This document shows, one piece after another, positions 19,945-29,259 of a stretch of 64,000 bases of DNA (position 1 is the stretch's first letter; each line of letters opens with the position of its first letter). Under the pieces are notes generated by a model. The model saw only the letters and a program-made list of their open reading frames with translations. It was not told the origin of the DNA and ran no database searches. Source of the DNA: a virus (taxonomy: Duplodnaviria > Caudoviricetes). The position numbers were made by a program, and so were the translations under genes. Location of the stretch: positions 45,518 to 109,517 of IMG/VR virus record IMGVR_UViG_3300048606_000120, one strand, 5' to 3'.

Positions 19945-20334
19945 ATGCCATCTGCCAGCGTCATATTCTCCGCGTTAGCCCTCGGCTACCGCTGGATGGG
20001 CGACGTTGCCAGCATGACCGAAGTCGGCACCGCGATCGCCCCCATCGCCCAGACTGCCAAAGCGGCAGCCGCGGACGGCCTGCACTGCGCGAGCTTGATC
20101 GATGTGCACGAAGCGCAGCTCGCGGCTGCATGGGCGGAAGTGGTAGCGATGCATGCAGAGCTCAGGGTTTACCGCGCATACAGCAACCAGCCGGCAGCTA
20201 GGCGCAACGATCTCATCGATCAAGCGACTGGCTATTACCGCGCGCGCTATGCCGAACAGCTCGAAAAGCGCCCGACCAATCCAGCTGAAGCCGCGCGGCT
20301 CGCGCTCCTGCAGCAATGGAGGCCTGACAAATGA
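19945..20334 (+). CDS. membrane-anchored hypothetical protein (lysis region)
   Basis: N-terminal hydrophobic segment; frame open upstream to CTG at 19873. Confidence 0.55.
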   Translation: MPSASVIFSALALGYRWMGDVASMTEVGTAIAPIAQTAKAAAADGLHCASLIDVHEAQLAAAWAEVVAMHAELRVYRAYSNQPAARRNDLIDQATGYYRARYAEQLEKRPTNPAEAARLALLQQWRPDK

Positions 20335-20535
20335 GTGGTCGAGCTCGAACGCGAGAGCTGCTGCAGGAGTTCATCAAGCAAATGCGAGGTCGTCGACCTC
20401 CTCGACGTGGGCGTGTTGCACGCGCTGCGTGATCTCGCTTCTGCCTGCTACGAACGTGGCTACCAGGATGCCCAAGACGCACACCGCAGCAGCACGTTGC
20501 CGGCTCCTGCAAACTATCCGGGACGCGACGATTGA
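20331..20535 (+). pseudogene. small gene apparently split by a 1-nt frameshift
   Basis: ATG 20331 (ATGA coupling) reads MSGRARTRELLQEFIKQ, and the +1 frame after A20382 continues CEVVDLL... Confidence 0.4.
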
Positions 20536-20576
20536 CGGCACCATGAGAAATCGTCATCCACACAGGGAGACCTTTC

Positions 20577-20906
20577 ATGAATGAGAAACTGAGCGAGCTC
20601 CTCGTGCACATGGCCTGTGTCGTCATCATCGGGGGATGCTTTGCGCTCGCCGAGCTGACGCCGCTTCACACCGTGCTGATCGGCGGCATGGCGGTGTTCT
20701 CGCGCTCGCTGGAGGTTGCCGGGTTCTTCCTGTGGGGCAAGCTCGGGTTCAAGCCGGCCGAGGCCATCATGACCAAGCTGCTGCTCCAGATGGAACCGGA
20801 GAAGGTCGAGCGGATCATGTCGCAGCGTCCACCTCCACCCTTGAGCGAGCCGCGGCTCGTCGTGTCCGCATCGGTCGCTCCTGCGCCGGCAGATCGGGAC
20901 GTATGA
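20577..20906 (+). CDS. putative holin
   Basis: 2-3 hydrophobic segments, directly upstream of amidase. Confidence 0.55.
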   Translation: MNEKLSELLVHMACVVIIGGCFALAELTPLHTVLIGGMAVFSRSLEVAGFFLWGKLGFKPAEAIMTKLLLQMEPEKVERIMSQRPPPPLSEPRLVVSASVAPAPADRDV

Positions 20907-21523
20907 CCGAAGAGCTTCCTCCTCGCAAAGGACCTCCGCCGCTTCCGATCGAGCCGGTGATCGTGGCTGTTCATGGGCCGCTCGCACTCAAGCAACGGCC
21001 GGCAGCCCGCAGCAACTACGGCGGTCGACGCTCAGCGAGCCCGACTTTGATTGCTTTGCACTGCACGGATGGCCACGAAGGCTTCAGCAAGGACGACGAT
21101 GTCGCTGCGATGTTCGCTAACCCGCACCTGATTCCAGAGCGCAGTGCGGGCTACGTGGTCGACAGTGACAGCGCGACGCAGTGCGTGTCCGATGACTTCA
21201 TCGCGTGGCACTGCGGTCGAACAGGCAACCTGATGGCGTTGTCGGTCGAGTTCTGCGGCTTCGCAAAGCAGACGCGAGCCGACTGGCTCGACAAGCTGTC
21301 GTTGCCGATGTTGAACATCGGAGCTCGCCTGGTCGCTGATCTCTGCGTCAAGCACAAGCTACCTGTGATGCTGGTCAACGCAGAAGGCCTGATCCACGCA
21401 CAGACCGGGATCACGACTCATGCTTTCATCTCGCAGGCATTCAAGCAGTCGATTCATACCGATCCGGGCCCGGGCTTCCCGATGGCTGCTTTTCTGAACG
21501 CGGTCGGTCGAGCAATGCCATGA
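20903..21523 (+). CDS. endolysin, N-acetylmuramoyl-L-alanine amidase (Amidase_2)
   Basis: IALHCT, AWHCG..N..SVEFCG, GITTH, HTDPG zinc-amidase motifs; ATG 20903. Confidence 0.9.
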   Translation: MTEELPPRKGPPPLPIEPVIVAVHGPLALKQRPAARSNYGGRRSASPTLIALHCTDGHEGFSKDDDVAAMFANPHLIPERSAGYVVDSDSATQCVSDDFIAWHCGRTGNLMALSVEFCGFAKQTRADWLDKLSLPMLNIGARLVADLCVKHKLPVMLVNAEGLIHAQTGITTHAFISQAFKQSIHTDPGPGFPMAAFLNAVGRAMP

Positions 21524-21921
21524 GCGGCGAATCTCCCGGGTACGGATCGACGCCTTGGTCATTGTTCAGTCCAGGCGCGGGCGAGGATGACTTTGCGCCG
21601 TTCATCGGTCGCTGGAGCCCGTTCTTCGGCGCTGCGATTTCACGTCTGACCCCAATCATGTTCGAGGTGACTGACGACTTCGGAGTAGTCGACGCGCGAG
21701 TGCAGGTGGTGCTTCCCGCAGGTGTGATCGAAGTCGTGTGGACACAAAACGTCGGCTTCTGGGAGCTCTACAAACGCGGCAGCGGGCGAGTCGGGATCGA
21801 AGGCGGGCACAGGTACACCGTGCGGCGCACGGGAGGCTGGCCGAGCTCCAACGTGAGATTCGATGTGACTGCTACCGATCTCGCGGGCAACGTCGCGACC
21901 GGGCAAGCTGTCTTTTCGTGA
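21520..21921 (+). CDS. hypothetical Ig-like virion protein
   Basis: FEVTDDFG...VTATDLAGN beta-sandwich signature. Confidence 0.55.
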   Translation: MSGESPGYGSTPWSLFSPGAGEDDFAPFIGRWSPFFGAAISRLTPIMFEVTDDFGVVDARVQVVLPAGVIEVVWTQNVGFWELYKRGSGRVGIEGGHRYTVRRTGGWPSSNVRFDVTATDLAGNVATGQAVFS

Positions 21922-21938
21922 ACCTCTCGTGGCAAATC

Positions 21939-22412
21939 ATGCCAGATCCGGTCACACCGGACTTGGCATCGACCGAGCAGTCGACCGCTGACACAGGGCG
22001 ATCGGTTGATCGTGGTGTGTCGGGCCGCGGGATCCTGCTGCCTTTCAGGCGCGACAAGAAGTCTGATTTTGCGAATGGCCAAGGAGCCGCTTTGGTGACA
22101 AGCGCTGTGCGACTGGCGCTCGGAACGATTTGCGGCTCGGATTCGTCGCAGGGCGAGCTGCCGTGGCGAACCGAGTTCGGGTCGCTTTTGCAACAGCTGC
22201 GCATGCGCAACAACAGCCCAGCACTGGCAGAGATTGCACGCTACAGGGTGGTTCGTGCGCTTCGGCAATGGGTACCGTCAGTGCGAGTGCGATCAGTGCT
22301 GGTGACTCAACAAGGGGATCGAACGACGCTCTCGCTGCGGTGGGACGTCATCGATCCTGCTGGCACAAAGGTGCTGATTCCTGGGTTGGAGACGTCAGTG
22401 CCAGTCGGCTAG
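21939..22412 (+). CDS. baseplate wedge gp25/GPW-like
   Basis: GELPWRTEFGS..ALRQWVPSVRV. Confidence 0.85.
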   Translation: MPDPVTPDLASTEQSTADTGRSVDRGVSGRGILLPFRRDKKSDFANGQGAALVTSAVRLALGTICGSDSSQGELPWRTEFGSLLQQLRMRNNSPALAEIARYRVVRALRQWVPSVRVRSVLVTQQGDRTTLSLRWDVIDPAGTKVLIPGLETSVPVG

Positions 22413-22425
22413 TTTCGGAGGACAG

Positions 22426-23916
22426 ATGCCCATCCAAACCTCGCTTGACTACACGTCCAAGGACTTCGACGCTCTGCGCGATCGGCTGTTCAACGTCATT
22501 CCCAGCGCATTCCCAGACTGGACCGATCGCCAGGTTGCGGACTTTGGGAACATCCTTGTCGAGCTCTTCGCGTTCTGCGGCGACGTTCTCGGGTTTTATC
22601 AAGACAACCAAGCGCAGGAGAGCCGGTGGACGTCGGCGCGCCTGAGGCGCTCGCTGTTCGCGATGACGAAGCTGATCGGCTACGTGCCTCCTGGAGCGAG
22701 CGCAGCGACGACTGACCTGACCATTCAGCTGAGCGAGCCTCCGACGGGCTCTGTGAGCATCGACGTCGGCGATGTCTTTCGTACGCGGGACGCGACGAGC
22801 CCAGTTGTGTTTCAAGCCATCACAGCTGCGACGATCGCTGCTGGAGAGGATCCCCCGATTGCCACGATCACCGTGGAGAACAGCTCTGCTGCGCAAGACA
22901 TCGTCCAATCGACGAACTTGCCCAATCAGGAGTACCAGCTCGGCGAAGCACCGTTCCTCGACAGCTCGCTCACGATTGCAGCCGCTGATGGCGCCTACAC
23001 GATCGTCGATGACTTCCTGAGCTCCACTGGAACAGATCATCACGCGACGGTGACTGTCGATGAGAACAACAAAGCCCGAGTGAGGTTCGGCGACGGGATC
23101 AGCGGTTCTGTCCCAAGCGGCGCGATTACGTTCACGTACAAAACAGGCGGTGGATTTGCCGGTAACGTGTCGTCGAACACGATCCAGAAGGCGGATCGCG
23201 CCTACGTCGATAACTTCGGCACGCCCGTTACCATCTCTGTGACGAACCTGCAGAAAGCCGGGGGAGGGTTCGAGCGGCAGACCGTGGAAGGCATCCGCAG
23301 CGGTGCTCCTCGCAGCTTGCGAACGCTTACAAGGACCGTGAGCCGTGAGGATTACGAGACCAACGCGCTTCGCGTTCCTGGAGTGGCTCGGGCTCTCATG
23401 CTCAGCGTCGACGAGAGCCCGAGCATCCTGGAGAACAACGGAGCGCTCTACATCGTGCCTGCTGGTGGCGGCGCCGCGTCGTCTGCGTTGATCGATGCGG
23501 TGCGGACGAATATCACGATCACGTACCCGAAGACGATCACGTTCAAAGCGTCGATCTTCTCTGCGCTCTACCTGCCCGTGAACATCACGACTCGCGTTCA
23601 CCTGTCGAAGGGAGCTGTGCCGGGAGTTGTTGGTCCAGCTATCCGCAAGTCGCTCATCGGGCTCTTTGCGATCACGAACTTGGACGGATCGGAGAACGAC
23701 GCGATCGACTTCGGTTACTACATGGAAGGCGCGCTTGCGTGGTCGGACGTGTTCAACGCGATTCGCGACACGGCCGGCGTGCGGAAGATCGACGACGGCC
23801 TTGGCAACCTGACTTTGAACCTGGCGTCTGAAGACGTGGAGGTGCCGCTCGCGCAGTTCCCGATCCTCGGCACGGTGACGATCGTCGACGCCATCACTGG
23901 GTTAGCTTTGCCATGA
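22426..23916 (+). CDS. baseplate J-like wedge protein
   Basis: DYTSKDFDALR..WTD..DFG..LVELFA, RFGDG..G.VP, VSREDYE. Confidence 0.92.
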   Translation: MPIQTSLDYTSKDFDALRDRLFNVIPSAFPDWTDRQVADFGNILVELFAFCGDVLGFYQDNQAQESRWTSARLRRSLFAMTKLIGYVPPGASAATTDLTIQLSEPPTGSVSIDVGDVFRTRDATSPVVFQAITAATIAAGEDPPIATITVENSSAAQDIVQSTNLPNQEYQLGEAPFLDSSLTIAAADGAYTIVDDFLSSTGTDHHATVTVDENNKARVRFGDGISGSVPSGAITFTYKTGGGFAGNVSSNTIQKADRAYVDNFGTPVTISVTNLQKAGGGFERQTVEGIRSGAPRSLRTLTRTVSREDYETNALRVPGVARALMLSVDESPSILENNGALYIVPAGGGAASSALIDAVRTNITITYPKTITFKASIFSALYLPVNITTRVHLSKGAVPGVVGPAIRKSLIGLFAITNLDGSENDAIDFGYYMEGALAWSDVFNAIRDTAGVRKIDDGLGNLTLNLASEDVEVPLAQFPILGTVTIVDAITGLALP

Positions 23917-24749
23917 TCTTGAACAGCGGGTTCGAGACTGCTGAGGATTCGACTCATCCAGGAGCGGCTGCGAGCTGGACGTCGACCGCGTCTGCTTCAC
24001 TCGAGCAGACCGCTGAGTTTGCGGGCGACTCAGGGCTTGCTGTCAGCGGCCAAGAGACGTTCGAGCACGGTTGGGGAGCGATCGATCCGCAGACGTTGCT
24101 GAGTGAGCTCGTCAACACAGAAAAGACGCTTCTGCAGGCGGAGACATTCGACCGCAAATGGTACCCAGACCAAGGCTTCATGTTCTTGGCTGCGCTCGAG
24201 GCAGCGACATTCGATGCTGCTTCGCAAGCGTTCGAGGACTTCGAAGACGTGTGGGCCACGGTAGACGCTGACATGGAGCTGTCATCGTTCGAAACCAGGG
24301 CTGCCTTGTTCGGTGACATCGAGTCCCCCGAGTCTCAAGAGACGTTCGAAGTCAGGTGGGGAGGAGATGCCTCCTTCGCGATGACGACTGTCGCACTCCT
24401 GTTCGACATGCAGGGGTTGAGCGCAAACTCTCCCTCGCCGAGCTCGTTCGAGATATTCAATCTCAAGGTGCGGCAGCGAGTCACGTCCGACATCCCCGAA
24501 AGCAAGCTGGTGGCTGTGACTCCGCCGCTGCTGCTCGCCGTCGGCAACGCGATCACTCTCGTCGCCGAGAGTGGCGACTTGCCCGAGCCGCTCCTCGAAG
24601 ACACGACGTACCTGGTGGAGTCGATCGCCGCCAACGCGATCACGGTGGCAGCGCAGTCCGGATCGTCGCCGATCACTCTGAGTGCCGAAGGGACCGGAGC
24701 TAACTATGTACTCGCGGATCCTGGTAGGTTTTGGCTCGACGAGTTCTGA
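23913..24749 (+). CDS. hypothetical virion protein
   Basis: NSGFE start, acidic ETFE repeats; coupled to J. Confidence 0.6.
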   Translation: MILNSGFETAEDSTHPGAAASWTSTASASLEQTAEFAGDSGLAVSGQETFEHGWGAIDPQTLLSELVNTEKTLLQAETFDRKWYPDQGFMFLAALEAATFDAASQAFEDFEDVWATVDADMELSSFETRAALFGDIESPESQETFEVRWGGDASFAMTTVALLFDMQGLSANSPSPSSFEIFNLKVRQRVTSDIPESKLVAVTPPLLLAVGNAITLVAESGDLPEPLLEDTTYLVESIAANAITVAAQSGSSPITLSAEGTGANYVLADPGRFWLDEF

Positions 24750-24764
24750 AGAGGGCCAAACCAA

Positions 24765-25508
24765 ATGGGTCAGCTGGATTGGGGCAACTTGAGCGGCGCT
24801 TTGACGACCGATGATGCCGTCAGCGGTCCCACAGCGGGCACGACTCCGCCGTCAGGCGGAGGAACGTACGTGTTCGGCATGAAGGCCGTGCAGAACGTCG
24901 TCGGGGTTGTCGGCAAGTACTGCTTGCAGACGAACTTTTCACCAACGCTCACCGGGAAAGGTGGGCGCATCTCCGGAGCACTGCGCAAGTCATCCGTCGG
25001 AGCAGCCAGCGGGTTTTCGCCGTTCCTGTTCTTTGCTGCAGGCGGCACAGCGGTCTCTGACAATGCGTACTTGCTGGGCCTGTCGGACGAGAACCCGAGC
25101 CACATCGAGCTGCGCAAGGGCGCTATCTCGGAGGGGCTGCCGGCGATCGTGGCTCTCGATCCCGATGCCAGCCCGAATGTCCTGATGCGCTCGACCGATG
25201 TGTTTCCTGCCGACACGTGGCAGCACCTGCGACTCGACGTGGTGATTCAGGGCACTGGCGACGTCATCTTGCAGGTCTATCGCAGCGACTTGGCCCTGCA
25301 CAACGTCAGCAGCCCCTCCTGGGCGCTTGTGCCGGGCATGGAAGGGCCGCACTACCCAACGTTCGCCGGGTTCGTCGACGACGTCCTGGGCGTCAACACA
25401 GGCTCGCCGCCGTATGCCGCTGGCGGGCGCATCGGCTTCGCATCGCGGTTCAGCACGGCGAACCGGGCGGCCTACTTCGATCAAATTTCGGTCGAACGTC
25501 AACTTTAG
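24765..25508 (+). CDS. hypothetical virion protein (concanavalin-like beta sandwich)
   Basis: TWQHLRLDV...GRIGF...YFDQI pattern. Confidence 0.6.
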   Translation: MGQLDWGNLSGALTTDDAVSGPTAGTTPPSGGGTYVFGMKAVQNVVGVVGKYCLQTNFSPTLTGKGGRISGALRKSSVGAASGFSPFLFFAAGGTAVSDNAYLLGLSDENPSHIELRKGAISEGLPAIVALDPDASPNVLMRSTDVFPADTWQHLRLDVVIQGTGDVILQVYRSDLALHNVSSPSWALVPGMEGPHYPTFAGFVDDVLGVNTGSPPYAAGGRIGFASRFSTANRAAYFDQISVERQL

Positions 25509-25513
25509 AAAGT

Positions 25514-25531
25514 TGTAACCTCGAGGTTACA
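25514..25531. promoter_or_regulatory. conserved palindrome copy 3
   Basis: 18-bp core TGTAACCTCGAGGTTACA in a 26-bp intergenic gap. Confidence 0.85.
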
Positions 25532-25534
25532 GGT

Positions 25535-26020
25535 TTGAACCCCTTCACGAAGGACCTGGGAGTCCATCAAGGACGGATCGTTCGAGCGGATGCGCCGGAG
25601 GGCTCCTACGTCTACGAGCTCGGTCACGCACTGTTGCAGGGTGTGAACGTCGATGTCGGCGACTATCACGAGGTTGCGCAGACCTTCGTGATGGATAACC
25701 AGGCTCACCTCGTACGGGCGACGATCAGGGTGGTGACTCCTCCGATTTTGCCGATCGGCTCCTCTTGGGAAGTCTCGGCGTGGCTGCGGGGCGTGAAGAT
25801 GGTGCGGCGCGTGTTGCGCCCATCCAAGAGGGTCGTCGAGCTCAGCGACTGGCGGATTCGGCTGCGCGCTCTCGGCGTGGACGAAGATCCGAACATCGAG
25901 GTGAAGTTTCGCTTGGAGCTGGTTGAAGGCGGCGGTGTTGTTCCCGAGGACTCCTTCACGGACGACGACGGCGACTCGTTGGTCGATGACGATGATGACG
26001 ACTATCTGACGGAGTCCTGA
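25535..26020 (+). CDS. hypothetical virion protein with acidic tail
   Basis: TTG start after palindrome; frame shared with track ORF 25217-26020. Confidence 0.55.
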   Translation: MNPFTKDLGVHQGRIVRADAPEGSYVYELGHALLQGVNVDVGDYHEVAQTFVMDNQAHLVRATIRVVTPPILPIGSSWEVSAWLRGVKMVRRVLRPSKRVVELSDWRIRLRALGVDEDPNIEVKFRLELVEGGGVVPEDSFTDDDGDSLVDDDDDDYLTES

Positions 26021-26021
26021 C

Positions 26022-27344
26022 ATGCCGAAGCGGTTATCTACGAAGTTGAACAGCACTCTCGAGGTTGATGGCGCTGGCAAGTACGGCGTTGCTGCAAGCG
26101 TGCAAGATCTCATCACCAGTGCCGGCACAGCAGCAAGCGCTGCCAGCACAGCAGCCAGTGCGGCCAGCACAGCAGCCAGTGCGGCCAACACAGCAGCAAG
26201 CGCTGCCAGCACAGCCGCCAGTACGGCGCAGTCTACCGCGAATGCAGCTGTTCCGAAGTCACTCTACGACGCCAACTCGCTGCTCACAGCTGACTTGGAC
26301 AACACCCCAGCGGCTCTCATCGTGCCTGCGAGCACGATCGTAGGCCGCAAAGCATCTGGAGGCATCGCTGCAATCAGCGTCGCAGAGGCGCTGACGTTGC
26401 TGCAGGTATTGACCGAGACAACGTCTGACGCACGGTACGTGGCGAAGAGCTTGTTTGACGCCAACACGCTTCTTTATGCCACCTCAGACAACACTCCGGT
26501 CGCGTTGACCTTGCCCGCGAGCACGATCGTGGGCCGCAAATCATCTGGTGGGATCGTCGCTCTCACGGCCGCAGAGGTGCTCGCCATCATCGGCTTGAGC
26601 ACTGCCGCTGGCAGTAAGCCGCTCTATGTGCCGCCTGGCACGCCTGAAGCGATCGATGAAGAGTTCGACTCGACCACGATGCCGGGTGGTTGGACGTGGC
26701 GAGACATCACGAACGCCGCAGACCGAACGCCGTCGTTCAACTCCATCGACATGTTCTCCACGCTGACCGGAACAGCCAGCCCACGAGTCGCGCTCCACAC
26801 CGATTGGCGTGCGAGCTGGATGATGTGGCAGGTCGCAGACGCTGGCTATCACTACGCCACGAAGCCGATCGGCACTGTGCCGACGAACGCGTGTTACTGG
26901 AGCCGGATACGGCTGCCGTGGCTGGAAGGAAACGCCGCTAACCCGAGTCGGATGCAGCTGATCATTGCAGCCGACAGCAGCGGGAAGGTCGATCCGTTGA
27001 ATCAGATTTGCGTTGGTCCGTTCAACGTCGGCGGCGTGCCCCGCATCAGCTCGCTCTACTACTTCAACAGCGCGTCGCCCATCGGCCAGGAAGACTCAGA
27101 GGTTTGGGGTGCCAACAGCCCGCCGCCCGAGTACTTCGCGATCCAAAAGTTCGGAACCACGTACTTCTGCCACTTCGCTAGCGAAGCCGGGGCCGGGCGT
27201 TGCTCTATCAATTTCAACGTGAGTTTCACGCCGGCGCACATCGGTTGGCGCGTGATCGCGGGACCGGCTGGCTCGCAGTTTCCGGTCGCGGTGTTCGGCG
27301 TTGACTTCTTGCGGCGACTCACTGGCTCGAAGCTGCCATGGTGA
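26022..27344 (+). CDS. tail fibre-like protein
   Basis: ASAAST coiled coil, duplicated ~45-aa shaft unit, C-terminal beta domain. Confidence 0.7.
   Translation: MPKRLSTKLNSTLEVDGAGKYGVAASVQDLITSAGTAASAASTAASAASTAASAANTAASAASTAASTAQSTANAAVPKSLYDANSLLTADLDNTPAALIVPASTIVGRKASGGIAAISVAEALTLLQVLTETTSDARYVAKSLFDANTLLYATSDNTPVALTLPASTIVGRKSSGGIVALTAAEVLAIIGLSTAAGSKPLYVPPGTPEAIDEEFDSTTMPGGWTWRDITNAADRTPSFNSIDMFSTLTGTASPRVALHTDWRASWMMWQVADAGYHYATKPIGTVPTNACYWSRIRLPWLEGNAANPSRMQLIIAADSSGKVDPLNQICVGPFNVGGVPRISSLYYFNSASPIGQEDSEVWGANSPPPEYFAIQKFGTTYFCHFASEAGAGRCSINFNVSFTPAHIGWRVIAGPAGSQFPVAVFGVDFLRRLTGSKLPW
26125..26229 (+). repeat. five tandem 21-bp coding repeats
   Basis: GCACAGCAGC(A/C)AG(C/T)GC(T/G)GCCA units encoding TAASAAS. 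Confidence 0.85.
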
Positions 27345-27509
27345 TCAGAACGGATCGTGCACGGGTTGGCCTGGCTCAGGCCAAGGCGGCAACTCGCGAC
27401 GCTCTGCTTGGTAGACGTGGAGCAGAACTGCGATCGTGAGCATAACCACTGCCATCATGCTCACGATTAGCCACTTGAGAGCCACGCTGCTGATCTGAAC
27501 CTTGACCAT
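27345..27509 (-). CDS. small single-pass membrane protein (54 aa)
   Basis: MVKVQISSVALKWLIVSMMAVVMLTIAVLL...; fills gap antisense to operon. Confidence 0.6.
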   Translation of the reverse strand: MVKVQISSVALKWLIVSMMAVVMLTIAVLLHVYQAERRELPPWPEPGQPVHDPF

Positions 27510-27543
27510 GGGCGGAGTGTGCCAGAACTGGGAGGGTTTTTGA

Positions 27544-29214
27544 ATGCTGCAGCTACCTTCTATCCAGCTCGACCAAGTCGAGCAAGACTTCCTCTCGGCG
27601 GCTCCTGCGCAGGTCATCTCCGCTGACGGCCCGTTCGAACTCGTCGATGGCGACACGTTGATCGTCACCTTTGACGGCATCCCCGCAACGATCACATTCG
27701 TGGCAGCTGCGTTTGCCGACATTGCCACGGCGACCGTCAGCGAGGTGATCGCCGCTGTGCGCCCAACTGCCGAAAGTGCCAGCGGTCAAGTGTTCGCGAG
27801 CGGCTCGGCGTTCGGGCTCCGGACATCGAACTACGGCGCGCTGAGCGTGTTGGGAATAGGCGCCGGCACGGCGAACGCTGCTCTCGGGCTCAGCCCCGAT
27901 GTCATCACGGGAACCGACGCTGAGGACGTGTTGGTAGCGAACCGCAATCCGCAGCCTGGCGAGGTGCAGGTTCCTCTCGAAGCAGACGTCGAGTTCGACT
28001 ACATCCGAGCCGATGAGTCGCCGCTGCCCGCCAACTCGACGTTCAGGGTGTGGATCAACGGAGTCCTTGTCTGGAATGCCGCTGGTTTCCAAGCCGGTCG
28101 GTTCGGGTTAGTCAGCAACGGCTTGCCTGATGACGGCACGATTCGCTTCAGCATCCAGGGCAACAACTTCACCAGCGGCCAGCTGGTAACAGTGATCGTC
28201 GATCAAGGAACAGGCGACTTTCAAGAGACGTGGTCATTCGTTGCATACGACACGCAGCCGCCGCTATTGGCTGCAGTGCAAGCGGTGAACAAAGACCAAG
28301 TACGGGTTACATTCAACGAGCCCGTTATGATGATCAGCTCTGCGATTGAAGGCGATGCGCTCAACCCCGACAGCTACTTCATCGAGCGAGTGAGTCGACC
28401 TGCAGCTACGCCTGGGGTGGTTACCGTGCATCCTGTGAGCGAGACGGTTGTCCTGCTCACTACGTCGTTCGAGCTCACGTTCGGAGCTCAGTACATGCTG
28501 GTCGTGACCGGCATCTCGGACGAGTTCGGCAACGTGTTCTTGCCACCCGACAACGTCGTCGCCTTCAGCGGATGGCTGCCGCCGTTCCCTCCAGGCCGGC
28601 AGTTTCTGCTTCACCGCTTCGTGCCCGCATTCGCGCTTGGCGAAGATGTGACCGACGATTTGCGACTGTTCCTTGGCTGCTTGCAAGACAGCACCAACCT
28701 GCTGCTGCACTTGATCGACAAGTGGGCCGAGATTCTCGATCCAGATCTCGCCCCCGAGACCTTCCTTGATCAGATGCTGGAGGACCTCGGTAATCCGTTC
28801 GTGTTCGACCTGACGGTCGACTTAAAGCGGAAGCTGATCAAGGTGCTCGTACGCATCTATCAGCTGAAGGGGACTGTCCCGGGCATCATCGACGTGGTGC
28901 GCTTCTTTGTCGGAGTTGAAGTCACGGTCGAGGTGTTCAACGGGCTCGGATGGAAGCTTGGCTTCGACAAGCTCGTGGCTCAGCCGAATCCCGCGATCAT
29001 CGGCGCTGGCGGGCGAGCTCGCTTTGCGTTTCGTGTTCGTGCCGACGTGATCCTGACCGATGTGCAGCGGGAGCAGATCGCGACGATCGCGACCTACATG
29101 AAGGGAGCACAAGAGCACATGGTTGGCGTGCTTGACGCGACAGCTCCTCCGCTCACGTACAGGTTTTGGAAGCTCGGCTTCTCGCTGCTCGGACACGCCA
29201 AACTCGCGGCGTGA
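27544..29214 (+). CDS. baseplate wedge protein (P2 gpI-like C-terminus) with N-terminal Ig-like domains
   Basis: LDPDLAPETFLD..KRKLI..IYQLKGT..GI. Confidence 0.8.
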   Translation: MLQLPSIQLDQVEQDFLSAAPAQVISADGPFELVDGDTLIVTFDGIPATITFVAAAFADIATATVSEVIAAVRPTAESASGQVFASGSAFGLRTSNYGALSVLGIGAGTANAALGLSPDVITGTDAEDVLVANRNPQPGEVQVPLEADVEFDYIRADESPLPANSTFRVWINGVLVWNAAGFQAGRFGLVSNGLPDDGTIRFSIQGNNFTSGQLVTVIVDQGTGDFQETWSFVAYDTQPPLLAAVQAVNKDQVRVTFNEPVMMISSAIEGDALNPDSYFIERVSRPAATPGVVTVHPVSETVVLLTTSFELTFGAQYMLVVTGISDEFGNVFLPPDNVVAFSGWLPPFPPGRQFLLHRFVPAFALGEDVTDDLRLFLGCLQDSTNLLLHLIDKWAEILDPDLAPETFLDQMLEDLGNPFVFDLTVDLKRKLIKVLVRIYQLKGTVPGIIDVVRFFVGVEVTVEVFNGLGWKLGFDKLVAQPNPAIIGAGGRARFAFRVRADVILTDVQREQIATIATYMKGAQEHMVGVLDATAPPLTYRFWKLGFSLLGHAKLAA

Positions 29215-29259
29215 GAGCGCAAATAGCGAACCGAGGCTGCGGGGTGGCAGCTTGTCGGG

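Noticed and set aside
26250-26580. DGR template/variable repeat pair
   Set aside because: It is an in-frame internal duplication with differences not limited to adenines; no reverse transcriptase in the window
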